Assembly (NCBI GenBank): GCA_937625935.1
Contig: OW569384.1
Span: 186,001 to 250,000, forward strand
DNA: 64,000 nucleotides
Direction: 5' to 3'
From: Tetramitus jugosus
Taxonomy: Eukaryota > Protista > Heterolobosea
In this document: one piece after another, positions 45,801-57,090 of the stretch
Position numbering within the stretch: position 1 is the first letter of the stretch
Layout: each line of letters opens with the position of its first letter
The notes under the pieces: generated by a model
What the model was told of the DNA's origin: nothing
The model's input: the letters and a program-made list of their open reading frames with translations, nothing else
The model's database searches: none
Made by a program: the position numbers and the translations under genes

Positions 45801-47060
45801 ATGTCTCAATTCTATCTACAATCTGAACAACCCATTCACCCACACTTTTACCCCTACAAAACAATCGATCTCAAAACCAAGGACGTCCTTCCCAACATTT
45901 CCTCCAACGACAATAGCAACACCAATGGTAGTACTACTACTACTACTACGACTGGCAATGAAGAATATTTTGGTGGATTATCCAAACCGAGTATATCATA
46001 CACTGGTCGTCACTTTCTAGTCGGTACGACCAACACGACCAATGAGACCAACATGAGTAATCGATTGATTTTTGGCATTTTGGACTCGAATGAAACCACA
46101 GACGACTATTCTCAACATCATCATCATCATCATCGAAATTCACGTGGTTATAACAACACGAATCATGTCGGTAGTGGTGGAGTCACTCTTTGCACATATG
46201 CAGTCAATGAACACGTTCGTGATTTAGAGTGGCTTCACGGTGATGAGAGAAGAATTGTCGTTGCGTTGAACAATCATTTGGGTATGGTGTTGTTGAACGA
46301 AGAAATGACCAGTATTCAAAACATTGTACTGTTTCCGAATTTTCACACGGATACGATTCGACAATTGTGTCCGAATCCGACGAATCAAGCACTCGTGTTG
46401 AGTGGTGGTTTCGATGGAAAGGTTTTTGTGACTAATGTGAGTCGATTGGTCGATAATGCCAATAACACTAGCAACAGTAGCAGTACCATGTTGTTGGATA
46501 AAAAGTCGGAGAATAGTGTGTACTTGTGTGGTGATGTCGTGGGGAGTGTCAAGTGGCATCCGAGTGATAGTTCAGTAGCGAGTGCAACGACGGACAATGG
46601 TGTGTTGCACGTGTTTGATATTCGAACGGATCAGACGAAGCCTGCGTTCGTCTATGGCACAGATAAGTTAGAGTTGTTTAGTCATGCGTACCTGGATGAT
46701 TTTACAGTGTGTTTGGGTTATGGTGACGGTGTGATACAGATTCATGATATTCGTATCGGTAAAGGTCTCGTCAGCTTCAAGGACGGCAGTCAAATGTGCA
46801 TTGGAGATATTAGTTATGATCCTGTGCAGAAAAAGTTTGCAGTGTTTGGTGTGCCTTCGTTTAGTGCTTGGCAAGTGAATATGGACAGTACGATTAGCTT
46901 TTATGGCAGTCATACGAGTTTGTCTGGCCCTTTGATGGGAACACCGCAGACTCATTGGTTGGGTGCACATCAGACATCTGGTTCCTTTATTCCCAACTCG
47001 AATCGTGTCATTTGTTCGGACAGTGCAGGTATTTTGAGTCTTTATGATTTGTCTGGATAA
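45801..47060 (+). CDS. WD40-repeat protein
   Basis: HTDTIRQLCPNP...LSGGFDGKV, VKWHP...LHVFDIR, GDGVIQIHDIR, SDSAGILSLYDL. First ATG at 45801. Confidence 0.85.
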   Translation: MSQFYLQSEQPIHPHFYPYKTIDLKTKDVLPNISSNDNSNTNGSTTTTTTTGNEEYFGGLSKPSISYTGRHFLVGTTNTTNETNMSNRLIFGILDSNETTDDYSQHHHHHHRNSRGYNNTNHVGSGGVTLCTYAVNEHVRDLEWLHGDERRIVVALNNHLGMVLLNEEMTSIQNIVLFPNFHTDTIRQLCPNPTNQALVLSGGFDGKVFVTNVSRLVDNANNTSNSSSTMLLDKKSENSVYLCGDVVGSVKWHPSDSSVASATTDNGVLHVFDIRTDQTKPAFVYGTDKLELFSHAYLDDFTVCLGYGDGVIQIHDIRIGKGLVSFKDGSQMCIGDISYDPVQKKFAVFGVPSFSAWQVNMDSTISFYGSHTSLSGPLMGTPQTHWLGAHQTSGSFIPNSNRVICSDSAGILSLYDLSG

Positions 47061-47144
47061 CATTCTAGGCGCCCCAACAGCATGGTACCCTTGTACAATA
47101 ATTAATTACATATTCAATAAACAAACAATTACATTAATATAATC

Positions 47145-48497
47145 TTACAGCATTTTCAGGAACTTGTCATAGGGGACTTTGTCATCACCAGTCAGTGTGA
47201 TCATCTTTTGCAACTCTTCCTTCACTTTACATCGCTTGTACACTGAAATATCGGGACACTTTGTGAACAGGGCAGTAATCATCTTGAGTCGTTCGTCTTG
47301 ACCATCACGATAGAAAGCTCGCTTACCAGTATAGATGATGGTGTACTTATGAATCGGGAGAGACCCATTCTCATCCTTGATCAGCAACATCGGACCAAGA
47401 GAATTGTGAAATGTGTTCAGTAACTGCACTACAAACGCATGGTCAGCCTGTATCAAGTAGTGTACTATCGTTGGAGTTGGGTATTTGTCATCTAAATACG
47501 TTCCATAACCTTCATTCAACAGGAATTGAACAACTTTTGAACCATTCTTCCATCCATCATACCAATACCTCATGGCCCCTGATAGCATAGGCAACCTACT
47601 TCTTGTTCGAAGCTCAACTCCACAAGAAAGAAGAAACTGTAGCCTTGTTAATGTGTCTTCAGCTGGTTCTTTCTGGTATCTATCATCTATTATATTGCCA
47701 AAAGAATGTTTGCCTTCATAGAAAGAACTGTAGCGACTAAAGCATTTCTTTCTGTAATCAAGTACGAGTGGTTTCAGAGCATTGAAGCAATGTTTGGATG
47801 CCCAATGGGCAACAACCAATTCTATTCCTTCATCGTTATCCAGAATGAAGTTTGTTCCATATTGTTTCGTTAATCTTAAGATGCCATCAATCATTTGATC
47901 CATATCATATGGGTTATTGAGGAGGATCTCTTCCAAGAATTTCCAATCTCTGAAAAAGATTGATCGATCATGCCTTAACAGGAGCTCAATAACATCAAGA
48001 GCACCAGCTCTGTGTGTTGCATAGGGTTTAATTCTTTTCTGGTGAGCCACTAACCAATATTTGGAAGCCTCAGATGCAATCAATATCTCACAAAGTTCAT
48101 GATTTTCACTGATTAGTGCTTGAACAAATCTATCAGCACAAAAATTCTGATAAATGACCCAATATTCATCAATGCACTTCTTCTTAAAGTAAGAAGTTAA
48201 CAGAGTTTCGTCATCACCGAACTTCTTCTTACTCACTTCAGTGGTTGACTTTGTGAACATGCACAAACAACTCTTCCACAAGCGACTCATTCTCTGGTGA
48301 TTCAACAGTTCGTACCATTGCTTCGATGTCATGGACAACGCGAGAAGACTTCTCATGTTCTCAATCAGTTGTTTTTCTGTCAAATGAGTTTTGCTGCTGT
48401 GATGATAATATGTCGATTGCTTTGTAATTGAGGGCGTGTAAAAGAACACAAAGTTGTTGAGGATGGACAACTGAATCTCTCTTGGCAATTCATTCAT
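47145..48497 (-). CDS. F-box protein with degenerate ankyrin-like helical C-terminus (tandem copy A)
   Basis: MNELPREIQLSILNNF...LALSMTSKQWYEL. Ankyrin-like LQFLLSCG, VVQFLLNEG, KDENGSLPIH. Confidence 0.78.
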   Translation of the reverse strand: MNELPREIQLSILNNFVFFYTPSITKQSTYYHHSSKTHLTEKQLIENMRSLLALSMTSKQWYELLNHQRMSRLWKSCLCMFTKSTTEVSKKKFGDDETLLTSYFKKKCIDEYWVIYQNFCADRFVQALISENHELCEILIASEASKYWLVAHQKRIKPYATHRAGALDVIELLLRHDRSIFFRDWKFLEEILLNNPYDMDQMIDGILRLTKQYGTNFILDNDEGIELVVAHWASKHCFNALKPLVLDYRKKCFSRYSSFYEGKHSFGNIIDDRYQKEPAEDTLTRLQFLLSCGVELRTRSRLPMLSGAMRYWYDGWKNGSKVVQFLLNEGYGTYLDDKYPTPTIVHYLIQADHAFVVQLLNTFHNSLGPMLLIKDENGSLPIHKYTIIYTGKRAFYRDGQDERLKMITALFTKCPDISVYKRCKVKEELQKMITLTGDDKVPYDKFLKML

Positions 48498-49196
48498 TTT
48501 TTAATGTTGTTGAGTTCGATGTTTTTCAATGAGAGAGAATGAATTGAGCAATTTTATGTATCGATCTGAACTTCAAGCCTGACTTGCATCGTCCGAATGA
48601 CAGCTTGTCAACAATGTTGACAAAAAAAATTTCTTTGTAAAAAGGTTTGGCGCTCCACTATGGGTTCATCTGGACGGAATCAACTACTACTTGACTGCTC
48701 CTTTGAAACTGGTCAACAATCAGTTGGAATCAAAGAACTTTAAGCCGATTTACTACTTGCGAACAGCTCTTTGGCGCAAAGAAATACTCTTATTCTCAAG
48801 GGAGTAGTCGGATTGAACAAGACTCCTCTAACTGTTCAACTCAACTGTGAGGGTGCACATAGGTATCAGACACCTCTATTGACTGTCATCAAAGAGCTTG
48901 TAAGTCTGGATATGACCGAACGCATTATCGAAGGAAGCATTCAATCGAGAAAGGAATGCTGCTCACAGTTTTGGGCTGTCACCAGTTGACTACAATGAGC
49001 GTTATCGTTCCAGCTTGACTATGAATTGCAGTGGATTCAGTCAGTATTGGCGTACAAGTATCAAAATGATATTTCATCCTCTTGTTTCATCAGATTATGC
49101 CTTTTCCTCTGCTGGACTCAGCAATCTGGGTTGACCAGAAGTGTGAAAACACTAATCTCAAAGAATAAAGGTGACAAGGCAATGACCTTATACTGT

Positions 49197-50546
49197 TTAC
49201 AGCATTTTCAGGAACTTATCATATGGAGTCTTGTCATCACCAGTCAGTGCGATCATCTTTTTCAACTCTTCCTTCACTTTACCTCGCTTGTACACTGAAA
49301 TAGCGGGACACTTTGTGAACAGTGTGGTAATCATCTTGAGTCGTTGTTCTGGACCATTACGAGAGAAAGCTCGCTTACCAGTACAGATGATGGTGTATTT
49401 CTGGATGGGGAGATGCCCATTCCCATCCTTGATCAGCAGCATGGGGCCAAGAGAATTGTGAAATGTGTCCAGTACTCTCGCTACAAGCTCATCGCCTAAC
49501 TCAATCAAGTAGTGTACTATCGTTGGAGGTAAAAATTTGTCATCTAAATACATTCCACATCCTTCGTTCAACAGGAATTGAACAACTATTGAACCATTCT
49601 TCCATCCATTTCCCCAAAGTTGCATGGCTCGTGCTAGCATAGACAACGTATCTCTTGTTCGAAGCTCAACTCCACACGCAACAAGAAACTGTAGACTTGC
49701 TAATGTTTCTTCAGCTGTTTCTTTCTGGTATCTTATCTCTATTAAACTACCAAACGGGTATGTTCTTTCATAAACGTTGCGTTGACTGGGGTTCTTTTTT
49801 CTGTGCTCAAGTATTATTGGTTTCAGAACATTGAAGCAATGTTTGGATCCCCAATGGACAACAACCAATTCTATTCCTTCATCGTTGTGCATAATGAAAT
49901 CTGTTCCATATTGTTTAGTTAACTCTAAGATGCCATCAATAATTGGATCCATATCGTGCGGATTGTGTTGGATAATAGCTTCCAATAATCTCCAATCTTT
50001 GAAAAAGAATGAGCTATCATGTTTCAATAGAAGCGCTATAAAGTCGAGAGCAGTAGTTCTGTGTGTTGCATAGGGTTTAATTCCGTGCTTGTGAGCCACT
50101 AACCATTTTGTGGAAGCCTCTGATGATATCAATTTCTCGCAAAGTTCATGATTTCCACTGCTCAACCCTTCAACAAATCTATCAGCACAAATCTTTTGAT
50201 GAATGACCCAATATTCATCAATGCACCACTTCTTAAAGTAAGAAGTTAACAGAGTTTCGTCATCACCGAACTTCTTCTTACTCACTTCAGTGGTTGACTT
50301 TGTGAACATGCACAAACAACTCTTCCACAAGCGACTCATTCTCTGGTGATTCAACAGTTCATACCATTGCTTCGATGTCATGGACAACGCGAGAAGACTT
50401 CTCATGTTCTCAATCAGTTGTTTTTCTGTCAAACAAGTTTTGCTGCTGTGATGATAATATGTCGATTGTTTTGTAATTGAAGGTGTGTAAAAGAACACAA
50501 AGTTGTTGAGGATGGACAACTGAATCTCTCTTGGCAATTCATTCAT
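49197..50546 (-). CDS. F-box protein with degenerate ankyrin-like helical C-terminus (tandem copy B)
   Basis: Full-length collinear paralog of 47145-48497. Confidence 0.78.
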   Translation of the reverse strand: MNELPREIQLSILNNFVFFYTPSITKQSTYYHHSSKTCLTEKQLIENMRSLLALSMTSKQWYELLNHQRMSRLWKSCLCMFTKSTTEVSKKKFGDDETLLTSYFKKWCIDEYWVIHQKICADRFVEGLSSGNHELCEKLISSEASTKWLVAHKHGIKPYATHRTTALDFIALLLKHDSSFFFKDWRLLEAIIQHNPHDMDPIIDGILELTKQYGTDFIMHNDEGIELVVVHWGSKHCFNVLKPIILEHRKKNPSQRNVYERTYPFGSLIEIRYQKETAEETLASLQFLVACGVELRTRDTLSMLARAMQLWGNGWKNGSIVVQFLLNEGCGMYLDDKFLPPTIVHYLIELGDELVARVLDTFHNSLGPMLLIKDGNGHLPIQKYTIICTGKRAFSRNGPEQRLKMITTLFTKCPAISVYKRGKVKEELKKMIALTGDDKTPYDKFLKML

Positions 50547-50735
50547 TTTTCTTGTTCATGAAACTTGTTTGATTTGAACTTTAAAGGCTATTCTGAACTT
50601 CCATAGAAGGAAACTAGTGCAATCAGGATAATCTGCAGAATTAATGAAAAAACAATACAGTGGACCAGATCTCTGTATTGGTTTATTGTAAGAATCAAGT
50701 GCCAAAAAAGAATGCCGTTTCCTTGATAAAAAATG

Positions 50736-50957
50736 TTACAGATTGTACCGCGAGGATAGTGGTGGTGTCGGAGGAGCATTATTATTGCCTCCATTGGAAC
50801 CATAGTAGTATGATCCACCAGAGGAATACTGTGTTGGGGGTGGAGGTGCTTGATACACTGGTTGTGGATAATCTCCATAGCTACCACCAGATGAATAATG
50901 TACAGGTTCATAAGCACTTTCATTGCCGTCATAGCAGCACGCAAATATTATACCCAT
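50736..50957 (-). CDS. 73-aa Y/G/P-rich microprotein with an N-terminal MG..CC acylation-like motif
   Basis: MGIIFACC start, a repeated YSSGGSY motif and PPPP tracts. ATG context tcaacATGG. Confidence 0.6.
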   Translation of the reverse strand: MGIIFACCYDGNESAYEPVHYSSGGSYGDYPQPVYQAPPPPTQYSSGGSYYYGSNGGNNNAPPTPPLSSRYNL

Positions 50958-51288
50958 GTTGAACTAATTGAATTGATGTTGTTGGTTCCTACTACTATTC
51001 TGTTGATTGACCAAGTGATCTTCTTTTTGATGTTCGAACCTGATGAATTAATTAATTCAGGTTGATCAAAAATACATTCCGACTTTTGTGGAGAAAAATC
51101 AACCCAATAAAAATACATGGTGCTCGTCGTGGCATTCCACAATTGTGAGAAACGAAAATCATCCACCCTCTAAAAACTGGCGATGATGACGATGCCCCAT
51201 CACGACACCCTTGAAAGCTATGGTCTGACTGTGTCCCATGCGCGCGCAGAAAGAAAATATCACGCACATTGGACCAAGTTGAATTCCC

Positions 51289-52855
51289 TCATGAAAAATA
51301 CTTTCTTCTCATGGTGACAGCCAATCGAGGATCACGGAACGGACAACCCAAATGTTCACACGTCGGCCGAAAGTTTGGATTCTCTGGACTATCGATATGC
51401 CTCTGCCAAAACACACGATCCAGCATGAGCAACAACATTCCTTCAATCGGATTATCTTCAATGAACATTGGCTCCGAGTCCAACAGGCGATAATACATGG
51501 CATCGAGTTGTTCATGCGATTGGAAGCTATGAGAATGACTCTCCACACCACACATGCTCTTCATTTCATCGGTCAACTGAAGAGACATGTCATAGTGACC
51601 CTTGGAGCGTATGGTTGACAAGTAATCACCCATCATTGAGCTCGAAGTGTCCAATGCCTGAGGAAAACCTAGTGCCTTGATCAAGTCATCCACAAAATGT
51701 TGACCATTGGCCGTTTCATTATCGTACACCTTCTCCGTATTCCACTGAGAAATCACAGGCAAAATAGAGTTCAATACAAAATCGAGATCCAAATGACCAA
51801 TTTGCCAACCGTTGGTCACTAGATTTGCCGCGTCGGAGACAATACGCCGCGGTATACAAAGCGAGCTGTTGGAGTCCCATTCTAAGTACCAGGGACCAAT
51901 TACCAAAGCACTCGTAAGCTACGGTTGCAGCAATCGCAGAAAAAGGTGTCAGCGGAAAAGTTTACAATGTAACAATAATCGCAAAAAGATAATTTTGGGT
52001 CTCATACCATTTGTGGCTGTTCTCCCTCTCCCTGAGAAAGAGATGTTTTGATTGGACTCAAGAGCTTTCGTATCGTTTGATTCTTGGTCTGGCCCAAGCT
52101 TGCTGCTTCTGCCAACAAGAACCGCACACGCACCTTGTCCGTCACTTGAAAAAACGACAGTTCATGCTCGTTCTTTATCCGTTCCATGTCAGGTTTCATG
52201 TCATCAAACACAGTGTTGATCGCTGATTCTTCACTACCATTGCTACCATTATTATTGTTATTACCACGACAACGAACATCTCCCATGCACTGTAATCCAT
52301 CGAGCATTGACATCTATCATTTTAAATTTTTTGTTAAAAATCACATTACAAACAATCTCCGTATAATGATGCCATCGAACAACAATAAGATTCTTTAACG
52401 GCAATCGCAAACAACAATAAAATACAACGACATACCAATTGACTCGTCGTTTCAATATGTGGATGAAAAAGTTGATACTTCATTTCATCCAAATGATACA
52501 ACATTCTCGCCCACATGCTCAACCGTTCTTCTCCTAGTGCCACTGCCTGTCGATTACAATTCATTAGCTTTCGTACCACTGTTCGTTCCTTGTTCATTTC
52601 GCAACCCTCCTCAAGTGCTTCAACAATCGCTGTCGTCATTGTTGTTGTTGTTAAGGCGATCGTCGCATTTCTTCTTGATCTTGTTGGACTGGGCTGACCA
52701 TTGTTCGTGGCGCCGCCATCCACGACACATGCCGTCGTAGTATTATTTTGCGCTCCTTTTTTCTGCTGGAACTTTCCGGATTCCAAAATGTGGTTGCTGT
52801 CGTCCAGGGAAGCTTCAGACTGGGAAGCAAACAGGTTGTACAGCAGCTTTTTCAT
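51289..52855 (-). CDS. Three-exon gene; C-terminal permuted papain-like (PPPDE/LRAT-like) domain, probably inactive; exons 52855-52436, 52313-52008, 51918-51289
   Basis: Phase-0 introns 52435-52314 (GTATGT...TAG) and 52007-51919 (GTATGA...TAG) join three ORF-track frames seamlessly. Motifs SALVIGPWYLEW and YDNETANGQHFVDD. Confidence 0.7.
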
Positions 52856-53127
52856 AAAGTAGAGGAGGAATGGTGGTGATGTTTTTTTTTAATTGAAGGA
52901 ATTGGTATCACGAAATTTGTGTTTGTTGTTTGTTCCTGTTGTGGTTACGAGTTGAGTTGTGTTGTGTGGGTCAAGTGCGCAAATCGGTTCTCTCAGGGTA
53001 TTTTATCTGTGCTTCCAATCCCGGTCAAAAAAAAACCCTGGATGACATGTGATCTTTGCAATTGCCCGATATCTCGGAAAGGGATGAGATGTTCCGATGG
53101 ATGACTGTGTTGCGTAGGCCAGAGTGG

Positions 53128-53976
53128 CTAGGGGAATGAATGGTGAGGTTTTGACGGGGAACAAAGATTGCATATCTTACTCCAATCTATCTCGTTGTGG
53201 GCGGAAGTATCAGCTTTGAGAATCTTTTTCATGAGTTGGATGGCAGAGTCGTTTTCTTCCTTGGAGTTGCTGGCAATACAATCCTCCGGAACAAAGAGAG
53301 CAAAATCTCTCATATATGCATCATTGGCACTAAACAGGATGCAAATGTTGCCAGCGACACCGGCCATGATGAGAGTTCTGACCTTTAAGTGCTGTAACAA
53401 TACGTCCAGTGTAGTGCAATAGAATGCACTGTGTTTTGGTTTAATAATGAAGTAATCATCGTCTTCTGGTACAAGGATCTTCGACATGTAGGATCCGCCG
53501 CACTTATCACTAGTTGCATGTTCTATTATACCTTGTTTGTCAGACTTCCAACGACCAAAGTTATCATTGACATAAATGACTGGTATGTCCATCTTTTTGG
53601 CCTCTGTTTTCAGAGCTAGGATATTGTTGGCAATTCGATGCGACTCCTTGACAATGAACTCATTTCCTTCAAACTCTAACCCGTTGATAACGTCGATAAG
53701 AATTAGAGCCGTATCGCAGTGTGGTGTTACTTGTCCTGTGAGATTCTCCTGTGGGAGCCCAGTGTGACGTCTTGACTTTTGAAACGTGTTTAGGCTGTGT
53801 GGACAATTTTCATTTTCAGTGTAACAATCCCTTTCAGGTTCATTTTTTGATTCATTGATTCGTTGAGAATCCTTTTGGACAGAACATCCACCATTATCAC
53901 AATGTTCGGGTTGTTGTGCCTGAATACTATTCTGCCGTGAGAGGGCATCGTCAAGTCGTTCTTGTCTTTCAACCAT
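53128..53976 (-). CDS. Isochorismatase-family cysteine hydrolase
   Basis: ALILIDVIN (Asp), IKPKHSAF (Lys), AGVAGNIC (Cys), ANDAYMRD, PVIYVNDNFG. Confidence 0.92.
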   Translation of the reverse strand: MVERQERLDDALSRQNSIQAQQPEHCDNGGCSVQKDSQRINESKNEPERDCYTENENCPHSLNTFQKSRRHTGLPQENLTGQVTPHCDTALILIDVINGLEFEGNEFIVKESHRIANNILALKTEAKKMDIPVIYVNDNFGRWKSDKQGIIEHATSDKCGGSYMSKILVPEDDDYFIIKPKHSAFYCTTLDVLLQHLKVRTLIMAGVAGNICILFSANDAYMRDFALFVPEDCIASNSKEENDSAIQLMKKILKADTSAHNEIDWSKICNLCSPSKPHHSFP

Positions 53977-54268
53977 CTGAATTTCTTTTCGTTATTTCTA
54001 CCAAACTCGATGAAGGAAGTACCAGATCAGAGAGGAAATGGGCTCTCGACCGACTGCTACAATCTTCCATTTTATTTTCAGACGGGTTTTTTGTTGATCT
54101 CCGATCCCTCTAAAAAAAACTTGAGAAATCCCGTTATCCAAAAACACAAACTCGTGTCACCATTATTTCCCTCACTGAAGTCGAGAAGATCAATTGATCA
54201 CAAATCATCATCATCATTAACACAAACATCCACAACAACAACAACAACAAAAACAACAAACCATCATC

Positions 54269-54705
54269 ATGACATCACAAAACAAAACGTAAGAAGATCA
54301 CATCTCATTTTTCTCCACCAACAACATCAAAAAAAAAGCTTTGACTCTTACTGACACACTTGATCAACACATCACACACCATCACACAGTTTATTGGAAA
54401 GCACAGCACTAGAGCACGCCAAACGATTGACACCCATCTTGGAAGAACACTTGAAAAATGTTGAAGAAAATCGTGTCCAGCGAAAAGAAGAAGAAAAACA
54501 ACAACAGGCCGAAAACAGAAGGAATAGAGCAGCAGTAGAAGCAGCAGAGCACGAATTAAAAAAGAGCAAGAAAAATTATACGTTCATAATGGTGGCTGCC
54601 GCTGTGGCACTGTTGGCCTTCCTGTTTTGGAATTTTAAGAGTGAATTGATTCATTTGCAACAAAAGTATCAACAACAGCAGCAGGCACAGCAGAAAGCTC
54701 TATAA
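54269..54705 (+). CDS. Small coiled-coil protein with a near-C-terminal TM; exons 54269-54288 and 54390-54705
   Basis: The phase-2 intron 54289-54389 (GTAAGA...TACTGAC...CAG) supplies an ATG for the 54394 ORF. TM segment FIMVAAAVALLAFLFW. Confidence 0.7.
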
Positions 54706-54754
54706 TCACGTGATTTGAAAGACACAAAAAAAAAGATCTATATTCCATCGATTG

Positions 54755-54770
54755 ATATATATATATATAT
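54755..54770. repeat. (AT)8 microsatellite
   Basis: Read directly, in the spacer between convergent genes. Confidence 0.8.
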
Positions 54771-55073
54771 TATTGTGGAATATGGAGAGCGATGGATCAA
54801 TGGATCATGGTCAACCTGTGCTGCGAAGCCAGTGTGATCAGAGACTTTCATCTCACTTATTTTTGAACCATTGAGGATTCATTCAACTCCCGGAGGATCA
54901 CGCGTGTTTGATCATCACACCACATTGTATCATCATCATACCACTTCATAATCCCATAAAAAAAACTTAATTCTTACATGTGCCGGTAAGCATCACCACA
55001 AGTGTTTTATTTCAAAAAGACTAGTCTTGATTGCTGTTGTTCCCTCGAGGGGACACACTTCAAAAAGAACGAC

Positions 55074-56328
55074 TTAATTGTCAGCCTGGTTGGTCAAGTT
55101 TCCTCTCTTTTCTTGTTCGTCTTCGAGTGCCTTGAACAGAGCTCTAAAGTTACCTGCACCGAATCCGTCATTGTTTCTTCTTTGAATGACTTCAAAGAAC
55201 AATGTTGGTCTGTCTTCCACAGGCTTGGTAAAGATTTGCAACAGGTATCCCTTCTCGTCAAAATCGACCAAAATGTGCAAGCTCTCAATCACAGACAAGT
55301 CCTCTGCGACTTCAATACCAGAATTCTCCAATCTCTTCTTCAATTGCTCATAGTACGATGGAGGAACACTCAAAAAGTCAACACCGTGAGCCTTCATGTT
55401 TGCCACAGTCTCCAAAATGTTCTCAGTTCTGAGTGCAATGTGTTGCACACCGGCACCACCATAAAAGTTGACATACTCTTCAATTTGAGACACCTTCTTT
55501 CCCTTTGCTGGCTCATTGATTGGCATCTTGACCTTCTCAGACTCATCAGCCATCACAATACTCTTCAAAGCAGAGTATTCAGTGTGAATTTGCTTGTCAT
55601 CAACGGACCAGAATCTGTGGAAACCGAGCTTTTCTTCATACCACTCACAAGCAGGCACCATACCTTCCCAGTCTTGATTACCGACAATGTGATCTACATA
55701 CAGCAAGTCTACATCATAAGCCAATGGATCAACCCTGTCGGAAACATCAATGTAACCTGGCAAGAAGGCTCCCTTGTAGTTCTTTCTCTCGACAAATGTG
55801 TGAATTGTGTCACCATACGTCTTGACAGATGCAATCACAATTTCTCCATCCTTTTCACTGCTAATCTTCTCCACTGGTGAGACACTGACAGCTCCATTGG
55901 CAACAGCTGCATTGTAAGCTGCTGCAGCGTCTTCTACTGTGAAGGCAACGTCCTTGACACCGTCACCGTGTTGTTCTTGATGTGCACCCATTTCCTTGTT
56001 GCCTGGAGAGAGTGGACTAGAGAAGGCAAAGACAATATTGTGTTGTCTAATGACATGAGTCACCACTTGTCTTGAACCAGTTTCCAATCCCTTGTAAGCA
56101 TATGGCTTAAAGCCAAATCTTGCAATGTAATACGTGGCGGCTTGCTTGGCATTACCGACCCAAAAGTGAAGATGATCGAAAGCTTCGAATTTTGTTGCTG
56201 GAACAGGAACGTTTGTCTATCATGATATGATATAGGATAGAGTATATATGTATGTGTGTGAGTACATGTTGAAGAATCGATTCTGAAAATAGACAGAGTT
56301 GTTGTTGTTGTTTGACTTTACTTACCAT
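55074..56328 (-). CDS. HPD: 4-hydroxyphenylpyruvate dioxygenase; exon 1 codes only the ATG (56328-56326), exon 2 is 56216-55074
   Basis: Intron 56325-56217 (GTAAGT...TAG). FDHLHFWVGNAKQAA, HGDGVKDVAF, DHIVGN, GVQHIAL, YLLQIFTKP, FFEVIQR, GFGAGNF. Confidence 0.96.
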
Positions 56329-57090
56329 TTTGTTGTTGTTGTTATTTGATTAATATTATTGTGTGATTAGAGTTGTTTGATTTGTTTTTTTCAATGTTTC
56401 GTTCTGAAACTTTCCGGACTCTCGGACGATAGGGTTCGTCATTGACCAATCAAAATGAAAAAGTCCGAAGTGAATTCCAGGTTTTTTTTGGTTGATGGAA
56501 TGACCTGGATAGGCACAAAGTATTCTTAGTCTGGGTGGGTTCAGAACACAGGAAAAGTTGACCTTGGATACAACTTGGTTTCTCTTCATCAGGTCATTGG
56601 CAATTGTAAGTTGAATGGGAGTCGTACAAGCTTTTGGTTGAGCTGTTAGTTGAGGTTGACAGTATCTGATCTGGACAAAACGTGTTCCAGGCAATCGTTT
56701 TAAGTAGAAGCACGCACTCGAAGGCCCGACCTTATCTTCTTGGGTGACACTGCTAGCACCTTGAGAAGTACTGATTATTGGGCATCCCAAGCAAAATAAT
56801 AGTGTTCTGGTAACACTCTGGCAGAGTTGTTTTTTCCCACTCGTCACCATACAAGTATGAGCAACCAAGATATTTTAGGACTGTATCTAATCATTAAACG
56901 TCTTGAGTCTCGGTCCTTTCAGATTTGAAAACAAATCATGTCTCGTGCTACTCTTCAATTGTAAATACACTTCAGAACTCAATACACTGCTTGAACAACC
57001 AGACTCAACCCATCTATTCGCTTACCTACATTATAAATACCCAGAGGATAAATTTAGACTCTTTGTACATACCCTAGCAGGCCAAATACC

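Noticed and set aside
45801-47060. WD40 protein as a Pex7-like receptor partnering the PTS2 protein
   Set aside because: No Pex7-specific signature recognisable by eye; it would need a phylogeny.
56356-56868. 170-aa minus-strand ORF upstream of HPPD
   Set aside because: Non-ATG ORF start, no motif, and it overlaps the probable HPPD promoter. Not supportable as a gene.
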